Part shown: positions 41,521 to 53,672 of the stretch, in pieces
How positions within the stretch are numbered: position 1 is the first letter of the stretch
Layout of the letters: every line of letters starts with the position of its first letter
Origin: the human T2T-CHM13v2.0 reference genome, Homo sapiens
Direction: 5' to 3' (one strand)
Length of the DNA: 64,000 nucleotides
NCBI RefSeq assembly: GCF_009914755.1
Contig: NC_060928.1
Notes under the pieces: generated by a model
What the model was told of the DNA's origin: nothing
The model's database searches: none
Seen by the model: the letters and a program-made list of their open reading frames with translations, nothing else
Translations under genes and position numbers: made by a program

Positions 41521-42061
41521 TGTATTAGTTAGGGGTCTCTATCGGGGCAGAACTAATAGACTAGAAGTATATATAAAGGGGAATTTATTAGGAGAATTGA
41601 CTCACAATATCACAAGGTGAAGTTCCATAAGAGGCCATCTGCAAGCTGAGGAGCAAGGAAGCCAGCCCGAGTCCCAAAACCTCAAAAGTAGGGAAGCCAA
41701 CAATGCAGACTTTGGTCTGTGGTAGAAGGCCCAGTAGCCCCTGGCGAATCACTGGTGTAAGTCTAAGAGTACAAAAGTGGAAGAACTTAGAGTCTGATAT
41801 TTGAGGGCAGGAAGCATCCAGCTTGGGAGAAAGATGGAGACTGGAAAACTCAGAAAATCAAGTCCTTCCAACTTCTACCTGCTCTATTCTAAACATAGTG
41901 GCAGCTGATTAGATGGTGTTCACCCAGATTGAGGGTGGGTCTGCCTCTCCCAGTCCACTGATTCAAATGTTAATCTCCTTTGGCAACACCCTCACAGACA
42001 CACCCAGGAACAATACTTTATATTCTTCAATACAGTAAAGTTGACAATAATTAGCATCACA
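41521..42061 (-). mobile_element. Solo MLT2A (probably MLT2A2, HERVL LTR)
   Basis: tgtattagtt..ccatctgcaagctgaggagcaaggaagccag..ttgaca..catcaca, 541 bp. Confidence 0.9.
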
Positions 42062-42126
42062 CCCGCAGAATGTGTAGTATATTGCTGTTAGGTGAAATAT
42101 TCTGAGTATTTCTGTTAGGTATTAGG

Positions 42127-42176
42127 AGTATAGTATAGTATAGTATAGTATAGTATAGTATAGTATAGTATAGTAT
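42127..42176. repeat. (AGTAT)10 pentanucleotide microsatellite
   Basis: Read directly. Confidence 0.97.
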
Positions 42177-45019
42177 CCTCTGTTTCCTTATTGACCTTTT
42201 GCCTAGATGTTCTAACCATTAACAAAAGTGGTATTTTGAAATTGACAACTATTACTGCATTGCTATTTCTCCATTCAGTTCTATCAATGTTTGCTTTATA
42301 TATTTGGGTATACATAATGTTGGGTGCATATGTAGTTATTATATCTTCCTGATAAATTATCATAATATAATATCCTTGTTTCTTATGGCAATTTTTGACT
42401 TAAACTATATTATGTCTGATATAAGTATGGCTGATCTTCTTATTTGGTTGCCATCTGCATGGAATATCATTTTTCATAATTTTAGCCTGTTTTCTTAAAT
42501 TATGGTGAATCTCTCATAGACAACATATAGTTGGATCTTTTTTAAAATCCATTAGTCATTCAGCTACTCTATCATGGTTGGGGGTTTAATCATTTACATT
42601 TAAAATAATTATTGCTAGGGAAAGGCTTACTATTACCATTTTGGTGTTTTCTGTCTGTCGTGTAGATTCTTGTCTCTTTTTTTCTGTCTTGTCTTCCTTT
42701 GTGTTTATTGATTTTTCTTTTAGTAGCATACAATGACTCCTTTCTCATTTTCTTTAATGTATTATCTAAAGATTATTTTATGGTTACAATGGGGCTTACA
42801 TAAGATGTAACAATATGTTTTAAGCTGATAACAACTTAATTTCAATTTCATACAAAATCTACTCTTTTATCTCTCCTTCCCACACTTTGTATTATTGATG
42901 TCACAAATTACATCTTCTATATTAACATTCATTAAAATATTTTTCATTATAATTATGTTTCTACTTTTGTCTTTTAACTCCTATATCACAATTCAAAGTG
43001 GCTTATGCACCACCACTGCAATGTTATCTTATTCTTTATTTGTCTATATGTTTTCCTTTTCCAGCAAGCTTCATACTTTTATATGTATTTGTATTTCTGC
43101 CTGGTGTCCTTTTGTTTCAACTTAAAAGACTTTCTTTAGCATTTTTATATAGGTGGTCCAGTGGTGATAAATTCCCTCAGGTTTGGTTTATCTGGGAAAG
43201 TGTTTATCTCTCCGTTTTTGAAAAGCAGCTTTATTGCATAATTGTATTCTTAATTGTCAATTTTTTCATTTAGCACTGTGAGTACATCTTTTTCACTCCC
43301 TCTGGCCTGCAAAGTTTCTGCTGAGAAATTCTCTGATGGTCTTATGAGGGCTCCCTTTTACATGATGAGTCATATTTCTCTTGCTGCTTTCAGCAAGAGA
43401 AATTCTCTTTTTCTGCATAATTTGATTATAATATATTTTCATGGAAACTACTTTAGGTTCATACTAGTTGGAGTCCATGGGGCTGCTTACATTTGATATA
43501 TGCTTCTTTTTCCAGATTTAGTTTTCAGCCATTGCTTCTTCAAATAAGCTTTTTGTACTTTTCTCTCTCCTCTGTCTAGGACTCTTATAATACATATATT
43601 GGCCCACTTGATGGTATTCCATAGATCTCTTAACTCTGGACTCTTTTTCATTTCTTTTTGTTTTTGCTCCTATGACTGGGAATTTCAAATGATCTGTCTT
43701 CACGTTTACATATTCCTTATTCTGCTTGACCAAGTCTGCTACTGAAACACTAGTACGTTTTTTACTTTAGTTATTGTGTTCTTCAGCTCCAAATTTTCAT
43801 GATTTTTTTTAAGTTTTCTACCTCATATTCTTGATATTCTCATTTTGTTTGTGCATTGTTTTTCTGAACTGATTGAGCATCTTTATTATGATCAGTTTGA
43901 ATTCTTTGTCAGGTAATTTTTTGCCAGATGAAACAGAATCATCTTCCTCAAGCACCCATCCCATTTCCATTTCTTTGGTGTCAGTTTCTGTAGATTCATT
44001 TCTTTTCTTTCATTGGGCCATGTTTTCTTTTTTCTTTGTGTGTCTTGTAAATAAGTATTTGAATACATGCATTTGAGAAAAAATGCCACCTCTACAAAAT
44101 CTTTATGAGCTAATTCTGTAAAAGGAAGGAACTTCACCAATCAGCCTGTCTAGAGGTTCTAGGGGCCTCTCAAACTTTTTCTTGGGATGCATCTTCTCTG
44201 GGATTTTGCATGCAATTTCCCAATTAGATTTACCAATCTGATTTTTTGTTTTGTTTTGTTCCATGAGTTTCTTGTCTCTTGTTCCTTTGGTGTCTATATA
44301 TAGTAAGACATGTTCTCTGGCATTGCCTCAAGCTGCTGAATTCCCTTTTGTCCTCTGTGATCTCTAGGTATTTAAGGTATACCTGTTTTGTCAGTCCTCT
44401 GAGTTAGGTGAGATAGAATATCATCACTCACTCACCCCTGCCCACAAAAATCCAGAACATTGGACACGCTTTCCAGTCTTCTCTTTCCCTCCCAAGGGAA
44501 AAGATATATGCTGGGTGCTACATCCCAATAGTGATGAGCTACACCCATTTGTTTGCAGTATTACAAATTTTCTGGCACTTACATAAGATATTGAGCTCTC
44601 TTTCATTCTGGTAGGCCCACAGGCATTCAAAGTATGCTAGTTCCCTGACAGCACTCTGAGTCATGACAGATAGAAATCAATCCTTTGAGCAGCACCACAA
44701 AAAATACAGAACGTTAGTTGTATGTTCCCATCTTCTCTTTTCCTCCCAAGGGAGAAATTGTGAGCTGGGCTTTTCTTCCCAATAATAAGCTATGTGAGTG
44801 TGGGTAAGGGGTTAATGCAGTTGAAATGAAATGCTTTTCTTATCCAAATTAATACAGTTATTTTGGGCTTTGAGCATGTTTGGTGTGCTGCTTGTTTCTT
44901 ATTGATTTCTGAAGTTCTCACAAAGGCATTTAGACTATATAGTGTTGTCGAGTCATTGTTTCTGTGGGGCAATAAGGTCTCGGTCTTCTTATTTCACCGT
45001 CTTTCTGATATCCTCCCTG

Positions 45020-45670
45020 TGCCTGGCTCCATTTGTTAAGCATTTGTGTTTTGAGATTTATTCATTTATTGCATATAGCAGAAATTCTTTTCTACATCAC
45101 TGAATTATATGCCATTGCGCAGTTTATAGATACTTGTGCCATTGATAGGTACTTGGGTTCTTTCCAGTTTTTGGATCTTATAAGTAATGATGATATGAAC
45201 ATTTTTCTGCATGTCTTTTAATATACTTGTATATTTATTTTTGTTGGGTGTTTACCTGGGAATTAAATTGCTGAATCACTGGGTGGACATATGTTTAATT
45301 TTAGTAAAGAATACCAAGAGTTTCCCAAAGTAGTCAAAAAATGTATATTAATTATTACCCACATTATGTAAGTTTTCTTACATACAAGCCAGCATTTCAT
45401 TTTGTTATTGTTTTAGTTTTTCAAAATATTTTAATATATTTTCATTATTTAAAATTGATATGCAGAGGTATGTCATTAGAACTATAAAGTCATTTCTCTA
45501 TGACTTGATGACCAGTGTTGGTAAGCAACTTTTCATATGCTTGTTGGCCATTTGATTATCTTTGTTTCTAAAAGAAAATCTTTAAATCTCTTGGCCATTT
45601 TTCTTTTAAGTTTCTGTTTCTTCTTTTTAATTTATTGGCATTCTTCATACATTCTAGATATAAATCCTTG
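45020..45670 (-). mobile_element. Old L1ME/L1MC fragment
   Basis: ttccagttttt..gatatgaacatt..aattgctgaatc..catatgcttgttggccattt. Confidence 0.7.
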
Positions 45671-45889
45671 GCACTTTGTTTCACTGTAGATATTGAATCA
45701 TCTATATCTAACATCATAATAAAATAATTTAATGCTGGGCTTTAGGTTCTAATGGTAAATTGGATGAACAGTAGAATCAAACAAAGAGAAGCAAGAATTC
45801 AGAAAGTTCAAAGAAAAATTAGGGTGTTCTTTTGTAACAGAATATACTTCAAAATAGGTGATAGTTTCAAATGATGTAAATAAATTATT

Positions 45890-46180
45890 GGCTGGGTGCA
45901 GTGGCTCACACCTGTAATCTTAGCACTTTGGGAAGCTGAGGCAGGAGGATCACCTGAGGTCAGGAGTTCGAGACCAACCTGGCCAGCATGGTGAAACCCA
46001 GTCTCTACCAAAAGTATAAAAACTAGCCAGGCATGGTGGCACACGCCTGTAATCTCAGCTACTTGGGAGGATGAGGCAGGAGAATTGCTTGAACCTGGGA
46101 GTCAGAGGTAACAGTGAGCCGCGATCATGCCACTGAACTCTAGACTGGGCAACAGAGGGAGATTCCATCTAAAAAAAAAA
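45890..46180 (+). mobile_element. AluSx/Sz
   Basis: Full dimer with gatcacctgaggtcaggag and a poly(A) tail. Confidence 0.95.
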
Positions 46181-46703
46181 GTTATTTCTTTATATAATAT
46201 GTCTTAATTTTTATAAAATTAATTAAATTTGGGGCTAATATTTAATTGGTTTTTACTAAAGTTTGGCTTAGATCTTATTTCTGTTTATTAATATCACATT
46301 CTGCCCTTTGAGACATGCAAACTCAGCACTTTTTCTGTCTTCATGTTTCTTACTTACTATACTAATTATACCAGTGTAACATGACAATAACCAAAAGCTT
46401 TTCTTATCAATTTTATTAATGTAATCCTACACTAGTTATCTTTGAGGCTGTTTCTTTTATCAGTTTAAATTCATATCTTATGAAAGATAACACAGAATTA
46501 TAAACTGTGAGCATGCAACTCTGCTTTTCATGTTCAATCTCTGAAGGGGTTACATGGATGATCCTGCCTTTGTTGTGCTAAATAATTTCTTAGAATCAAT
46601 CTTTGCATATTTCATTCATGCAAACATACTGAGAAAACTTCTATTTAACCTCAGTTTCTCTGGACTTTGTAGAATCCAAAGTACTAAATGATCATTTAGG
46701 AGA

Positions 46704-46796
46704 TATCTAAATAAAATCTAGATAAAATTTTATTTATTTTATATTTATCTAGATAAATAAAATTTATCTAGAGAGAGAAATCTAGATAAAATCTAT
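46704..46796. repeat. AT-rich nested inverted repeat with four TCTAGA cores
   Basis: TCTAGA at 46717, 46748, 46767 and 46781; perfect 18-bp palindrome at 46742-46759. Confidence 0.9.
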
Positions 46797-48099
46797 TAAA
46801 CGCATAGGAAGTACTTTAAATAATGTTTTTGCTATAGGAGTTCTTTGTAACTTCAAGATGTACTTATTAATTACAAATTAAGTAGAACTAATTTGGAAAA
46901 ATGGAAATAATTTATCAGGAAAACTATGAATTTTTTCCAGAATTTTTTTTCTCAGAGAAGGAACATGCTAATACTATGTTTATGAAATTATTGATGATGT
47001 TGTAGGGCTGATTTTCATTTATCAAGAAGTATGATTTGTATAACATGAGACTGACTATTAACATAATGGGAATATAAAGGTCAAGAAGTAGCTCCTTTCA
47101 TAACTCTAAATTTTCATAGGCAAAATATGGGTATGGAAGAATGAATGAATGATTCCTTATGCCCTCTAGTTAATCTATATACATTATATTATGAAACACA
47201 ACTCACAGGGCTGCATCTAAATCGTATATTGGTGCACAGAATTGGAGTTTGGAAATTATAATATAGTAAATTTAAAATGTATTACTTTCTAATCATTATA
47301 TTAGAAACAAATATAACTAGGTCACTACCACGTTTACATTGCTAGATTCTCCAAATATAGAAATAGAATAAAAACGCTGCTCCAGATGTATATTGTAAAT
47401 ATATCACTCCTCTTATAACAGTAGTAATATCTAAGATTTCACTATGTAACAGTGATATTGCCTCACCTCTTGATTATAGTTTGGGCTATAACTTGTTCAC
47501 TCTTTCAATAAATGATACATTATGAACTTTGTCGTAGGTATAGAAAATTGTTTTTTCATTGCTTACAATGTAGTATAGTTTCCAGAATTCAAGAACAAAT
47601 TTGGAATTAGCACTCTTATCTATGTTGTAGTGCTCTTTTAAATAAAACACCGTTCTTCCTTATGCCATTAAAAAATTAAATAAATTATTCATTTACTTTG
47701 GCTGGTGATATAAAGTTTTGGCAATTAATTTTGATTTCTTCAATATTGAATTACCACTAGCTAAACAAAATCATTAAATGCCATAATACTCATTTTGATT
47801 GGTTCAATTTAGCTTTTAAGTTTGATGGTTTTAACTTTGGTTATATTTCTTTAGCTTTGGACTGTTTATAGACTTTATCTTGATTAGGTAGCATATGTGA
47901 AATTCTTAGGCTTCATTCTGTGGTCACTGTGTTAGGTATAAAGCAATAAAAAGTGGTGCCAGAGAGCATGACACAGTTTATATAAATTTTAGTATTGCGT
48001 TGTTTTCCCTTGGTGAAATAGTGAGATATATTCTTGTGGGGTAGATACATGCACAAATGACTGCTGTAAATAAATGTCTAGTTAACTATTATTGTATAT

Positions 48100-48312
48100 T
48101 CATATAGTGTACCAGATCCTTTACAAGGTTTACTAATTTAATCCACATAATAACTTTTTAAACAACTACTACTATTCTTTCCATTTTACAGATGAAAAAA
48201 TTGATGTGTTGAGATATTAAATAACATGCCTCAGATCACACACCTAATAAATATTGGAACCAATATTTAAACTTGGTTTCTATGACTCAGAGCCAAATTT
48301 TTAAATCACAAA
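48100..48312 (-). mobile_element. MIR
   Basis: atttaatccaca..ccattttacagatgaaaaaattga..aataacatgcctcagatcacacac. Confidence 0.8.
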
Positions 48313-48769
48313 ACTAATAACTTTATCTTTTGGATAACACTAAAGAAGGAATTTATTTATGAATATTAACTTCCAAGACAAATAACTAATTTGAGAATAA
48401 CTATTCACATTAAAAAAAATTTGCTTAGCAGAAAAATCTCTTTATATTACTGAATATTAGTGTTTAATATATTTACTTAATATATACATAGAATATATAT
48501 GTTTAGTATATATAATAAATACATATACTATATATTTATTAATTGTAAACACACAGAGACACAGTTAGCATGACTACATACCTGGAAGTCAGAGAAATTT
48601 GGTAGACTGTTAGCAACTGGCAGACAGACTATTCTGAAATAAAAATATATAAAATGTATACATGATTTTAAGAAATTGTATTTAACAATTTTACATTGGA
48701 TAATATGAGATTAGGTTTAAAAAATACTTAAATGGAGGAAGAAAGTGAGATTTCATTCTTGATGAAAAC

Positions 48770-49658
48770 TAGGATTAGCAGGTGATGAATCCTGCCAGGA
48801 ATGGGTGCTTTCCTTCAAAGCAACAGGTTTCCTTCTGGCCAAGGAGGTGTCTAGAAATGTCTTCCTGGAGCTATGGCCTGGTGTGGGGGCCTAATGACTC
48901 TGGCCAGTGGCCTATTCTGCTGTGGCTGAGCTGGTATTCAAAATGCAAGACTAAGTCCTCCCTACTCTTCTCTCTCCTTTCCTCAAGTGGGAGGAAGGGC
49001 TTATTTTTTTTGCCATAAGCTGTGCAGTCTTGGCTTAGGGCTAAGGTGATGCCAGCACTACCTTAGCTGCCCTAGCTAGTATCCCGGTCACATGCCCACT
49101 AAGTCCTCTGGCTCTGGGCCCAGTTCAGCCTTAGGACATGCCTAGGAGTTGCAGACTTTGTGGCCTGGACTGCCTTTTGACTATATTTTAGGCCCCAGAG
49201 CACCTTAGCCAATGGTGGCGAGGCATGCGGGAACTCAAATTCTGACTGCTGAGATTGGTGATTCCTCTCTATCTAGGTTTTGTTTAAATGCTCACTCCAT
49301 AGGTGGATGTCAGCTGATTTTGGTCTGCTTTTTCTTTCTACTATAACAGGGCAGCAGTGAGTTTAATGCCTCACAATTGCTGCATTTTTTCTCTCCCCAG
49401 AGCACAGGAATGCTCTCTGTATCATGTGGCTACTGCCTGGGGATTGTAGAAGAGTGGTGTCAGCAGCTCAAGACTCTATTTTTTTTTCACCTCTTCAGTG
49501 CCTCTTTTATGAATACAAAGTTAACTCCAGGTACCATGAATGCTCATCTGATTTTTGGTTTTTATGAAGGTTTTTTTGTGTGTGCGTATGTAGATATTTG
49601 TTAAATTGGTGTTCTTGCTGGGGGGACAATTGGTGTAGCCCTCTACTCTGTTATCTTG
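48770..49658 (-). mobile_element. Isolated 5'UTR fragment of an L1MA/L1PBa-era LINE
   Basis: GC-richer block (gatgaatcctgccagg, ttcagtgcctcttt, gctcatctgatttttgg) ending in ctctgttatcttgc, which resembles an L1 5' start. Confidence 0.7.
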
Positions 49659-50412
49659 CATTTCCCTCTCTATCTGGAATCATAGTTTATTTTCAAAGTT
49701 TTCTTGATTCTTTATTAGTCATTCTGTATATATGAAACTCTGATAATCCATGAGCCAAATAAAGGGAAGCATGTTAATGCTTATATTCAAGTCATTATCT
49801 CATTCAAAATTCCATAATGTTGCCCATGTAATTCAATAGTTTTCAGCCTGCATAGATCGAGAGGAAAATATTGACATTAAAAATCATTTCAGGAAAAAAA
49901 CCATAATAATAGACATTGCTTTTAACAAAATACATGTCATTCTACTAAAAATTCTCAAATATATGGGGACTTTTAAAACTGGATAAAGAGAAGCTAGAAA
50001 GAATGTATAAATTTTCTTCTATAACATTCTTAATTATGAAAAAAATTATGATTTCCCAGTTAGCTTAGGAATAAGGAAAGGATGACTGCTCTCAAGACTT
50101 CTACTCAACATTGTACTTGTACTTCTAAGCAGTTCAATAAGCAAGGAAAATAAATAAAAAAACATCAATTTTTGTGAAGAAAAATTATATTATTTGTAGA
50201 TAGTGTGATCATTTATATATTCTATGCACTTTACCAAAAACTATTAACAGTACTAAATACATTTTTAGCAATATTTCAAGGTACAAAATTAGCACACCAG
50301 AATCAAATTTTTAAAACAAATAATTGAAAATTAAAAATTGAAATTAAATCAACGTTTCTAAAAGGAGCATGATTTATGTTTGTGTGATAGATCATTCACC
50401 AATACCCCCTGC

Positions 50413-50705
50413 TTTTTTGAGAAAGGGTGTCACTCTAACACCCAGGCTTGAATGCTGGAGTATAGTGGTACAATTACAGCTCATTGCAACCTCTGCTTCC
50501 TGGGCTGAAGCAATCCTCCCACCTCAGTTTCCTGAGTAGCTGGGACTACAGGCATGTGCTACCACGTCTGGCTAATTATTTTTATATTTTGTGTAGAGAT
50601 GCCCTTTTTGCCCAGGCTGGTCTCAAACTCCTGGACGCAAGCGATCCACCCACATCCACCTCCCAAAGTGCCAGGATTACAGGTGTGCACCACTCCTCCC
50701 AGCCC
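50413..50705 (-). mobile_element. AluJ
   Basis: Antisense dimer with acagctcattgcaacc, aagcaatcctcccacc. Confidence 0.9.
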
Positions 50706-51297
50706 TCTCCAATCCTTTACTTTGAGTCTATGAGCGTCATTATGAGTGAGATGCATCTCTTAAAGACAGCAGATGGAAGGGTCTTCTTTGTTATCCAACT
50801 TGCAATCCTGTACCTTTTACATGGGTCATTAGGACCATTTGCATTCAAGGTTAATATGAATATGTGAGGTTTTGATCATATCGTAAATTTGTTAGCGGTT
50901 GTTTTGTAGTTTTTACCGTGTAGTTGATTTAAAGGGTCTGTGGGCTACGTGTTTAGGTGCTATTTTTGTGATAGCAGGTATTGTTCTTTCATTTTCATTT
51001 TTAAAACTCCTATAAGATCCCTTGTCAGGCTGGTCTAGTGGTAATAAATTCTCTTAGTGATTGCTTATCTGAAAAATATTTTATTTCTCCTTTGCTTATA
51101 AATCTTAATTTGGTGAAACATGAAATTCTTGTTTGGAGTTTATTTTCTTTGATAATGCCAAAAATAGCCCCCCAGTTTCTTCAGGCTTGTGAGGATTCTG
51201 CTGAAAAGTTCAAGGTTAGCTTAAAGAGGTTCCCTCTGTAAGTGATCTAATGTTTTTCTCCAGCTGCCTTTAAGATTTTTTAATATTTACCTTAGAC

Positions 51298-51616
51298 CAG
51301 CAGTCCCCAACCTTTTTGGCATCAGGGACAGGGTTTATGAAAGACAGTTTTCTCACAAACTGGGGAGTAGGGGATGGTTTTGAGATGAAACTGTTCCACC
51401 TCAGATCATCAGACATTAGTTAGATTCTCATAAGGAATGCCCAATCTAGATCCCTTGCATGAACCATTTATATTAGGGTTCATGCTCCTATGATAATCTA
51501 TCTGATCTGAAAGCAGGTGGAACTCAGGTAGTAATGCTCACCTCCTGCTGTTCAGCCTGATTCCTAACAGGCCACAATCCAGTACTGGTTCACAGCATAG
51601 GGATTGGGGTCCCCTG
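51298..51616 (+). mobile_element. MER1B hAT-Charlie MITE
   Basis: TIRs cagcagtccccaacc / ggattggggtcccctg; perfect 8-bp TSD CCTTAGAC at 51290-51297 and 51617-51624. Confidence 0.93.
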
Positions 51617-52726
51617 CCTTAGACTGTCTGCTGCCCTAGTAATGTTCATTTTGTGTAGTATCTTGTAGAGTTTCTCTGGATTTTTTTGTATCTGGATGTC
51701 TATCTCTCTAGCAAGATTAGGAAAAAAAATTTTTGACTTATTTTCTCAAATATGTTTTCCAGGTTGTTTGCTTTTTCTGCTTCCCTCTCACAAATGCCAA
51801 TAAATTATAGGTTTTGGTGCTTTACATAATCTCATATTTCCTGGAAAATATGTTTTTAAATTCCTTTTTCTTCATTCTTCCCTGACTGGGTTGGTTCGGG
51901 AGGCTTATCTTCAAGCTCTGAAATTGTTTCTTCAGATTGGTCTAATTTATTGATAAAGGTTTCAGTTGTATTTGAAATTCCTTAAGTGAGTTTTTCAGTT
52001 CTAGTAGCTCTGATTGATTTTTTTAAAAAATATACTTATCTATTCTCTCATTTCCTAGATTACTTTAGAAGTTTCTTTGTGTTGACTTTCAATCTTGTCT
52101 TGGATCTTGTTGAGCTTCCTTGCAATGTATGTTTTGCATTCTTTATCTGTCATTTCAGAGTTTCCACTGTGGTTTGGGACCATTGCTGGAGAGCTAGGGT
52201 GATCTTTTGGTGATGTCACCACATTCAAACATTTCATGGTGACAGAATTCTTATCCTGGTTCCTTCTCATCTGGAGAGGGCTGTGTTGGGTAGGGTCTTT
52301 TTGGCTTTGTTTCTATAGTCCTGTGCACTTCCCTCAGTAGATTTTTATATAGGGCTGTGCAGTTTGACCTATATGTCAATAGGTGGTGTTTGCAGGTAAG
52401 AGCCAGCTGTCACTCAAGGAGATGGGTATGGACCTTATCTTTGTTTTCTGTGAGGTGCTTTCTGTTGTTTCAGGTGAAGGGCTGGACAAGTGGGATGCCT
52501 GGTGTCCTGCTTGCTGTCCTGCATGGGTGGGGAGAGACAGCTGGACAGTGCTAGAGCCCCTAGATTGTCCATAAATACCCCAGTGGTGAGCTCAGGAACC
52601 AGCCCTGATGAAGGTTCCTGGGAAGAGCTCCTAGCGAAGCATGCTGGGGTCTCTTCAGAGGCAGTGAGGGGAGTGTACTTGCTCCTTGTCCTAGATACAC
52701 AAGAATGTGATGCATTTCCCTATCAT

Positions 52727-52840
52727 ATGTCTCTTCCAGGGCTTGTGACTCCTAGTTCCACCTCCAGACCACAATGTGGTTGAATGTCTCTTCCAGGGCT
52801 TGGGACTCCTAGTTCCATCTCCAGACCACAAAGTGGTTGA
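52727..52840. repeat. 57-bp tandem duplication (3 mismatches)
   Basis: Copies at 52727-52783 and 52784-52840. Confidence 0.95.
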
Positions 52841-53442
52841 GAGCCATGGGAATGCCTACTTTGCAACTCTCCAGGGGAGTGTTTTCAGGATGCAAGCTTG
52901 ATACTCAGCCCAATGCAGATAGCTTTAAAACTCACCTGTTCTCCAATGTGGCAGTATTCTTGCTTCTTGTAAAGGGGGAGGGGTCTCTACCTTTGGACCC
53001 ATGTGAGTAGGTGTTGGTTGTGGTGGTGTTGGCTGGTTGACTCAGTCCAACATAAGTCCTTGGGGGAAGTGTTGAGGTGTCAGGAGAATCGGAATGGGAG
53101 TAAGTAGTTCCTCAGTTCTTGGCACCTAGATGGACTACTGGACAGTGTGTATGAGTCCTGAAGGGGCTGGACCAGGGTCAGGCTAGCCCAAAGTTAAGGT
53201 GCTGGCAGTGATGGGAGAGGTAAGCTGGTCTCCGGGTCACAGGCCAAACTTTCAGGCAGGGGCAGGCAGAACACTTAGGTGGTGGGAGGCCAAGGGAATA
53301 TCACAGGACTGTGGGGGTTTGATTTTTTTAAGGGATCTGGGCTACAAGTGAAATTATCAGGTGAGGGCAGGTCAGCTGTGCTGTGAGCCTTTCACTGGGG
53401 AGGGCAGGATCCCTCAGCTGGGGCAATGGAGACCAGTGCCTA

Positions 53443-53672
53443 CTAAACATTGAGTACACATGGACATAAAGATGAGAACAATAGACACCGGGGACTGCAA
53501 GAGGGGAGAGGGTGGGAGGAGGATGGGGGTTTAAAATCTACCTATCAGGTACTATGCTCACTACTTGGGTGACAGGATCATTTTTACCCCAAACTCAGTG
53601 ACACACAATTTACCCATATAACAAACCTGCATATGTACTTCCTAAACTTCAAAGTTGAAAAAGTAAAATAAA
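53443..53672 (+). mobile_element. L1PB/old L1PA 3'UTR (sense arm of the inverted insertion)
   Basis: ctaaacattgagtacacatggacataaag..acaaacctgcatatgtac..aaagttgaaaaa. Confidence 0.85.

Larger units (their letters stand above)
34440..45010 (-). mobile_element. Near full-length ancient L1M (L1MA9/L1MB-like): 3'UTR, ORF2, ORF1, 5' region; host of five nested insertions
   Basis: Colinear antisense L1 sequence resumes after each insertion. EN-like region at about 42180-42560, ORF1-like region at about 43150-44050, repeated 5' region at about 44390-44780. Confidence 0.8.
50373..53440 (-). mobile_element. L1PB/old L1PA inverted arm: start of EN, ORF1 and 5'UTR
   Basis: Antisense EN start (aataccccctgc; atccaacttgc), ORF1-like MRRNQDKNS... 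and a GC-rich 5'UTR. Confidence 0.8.

Noticed and set aside
46900-47100. Possible fourth copy of the ancient duplicated unit
   Set aside because: Only short AT-rich matches; not distinguishable from chance by eye.
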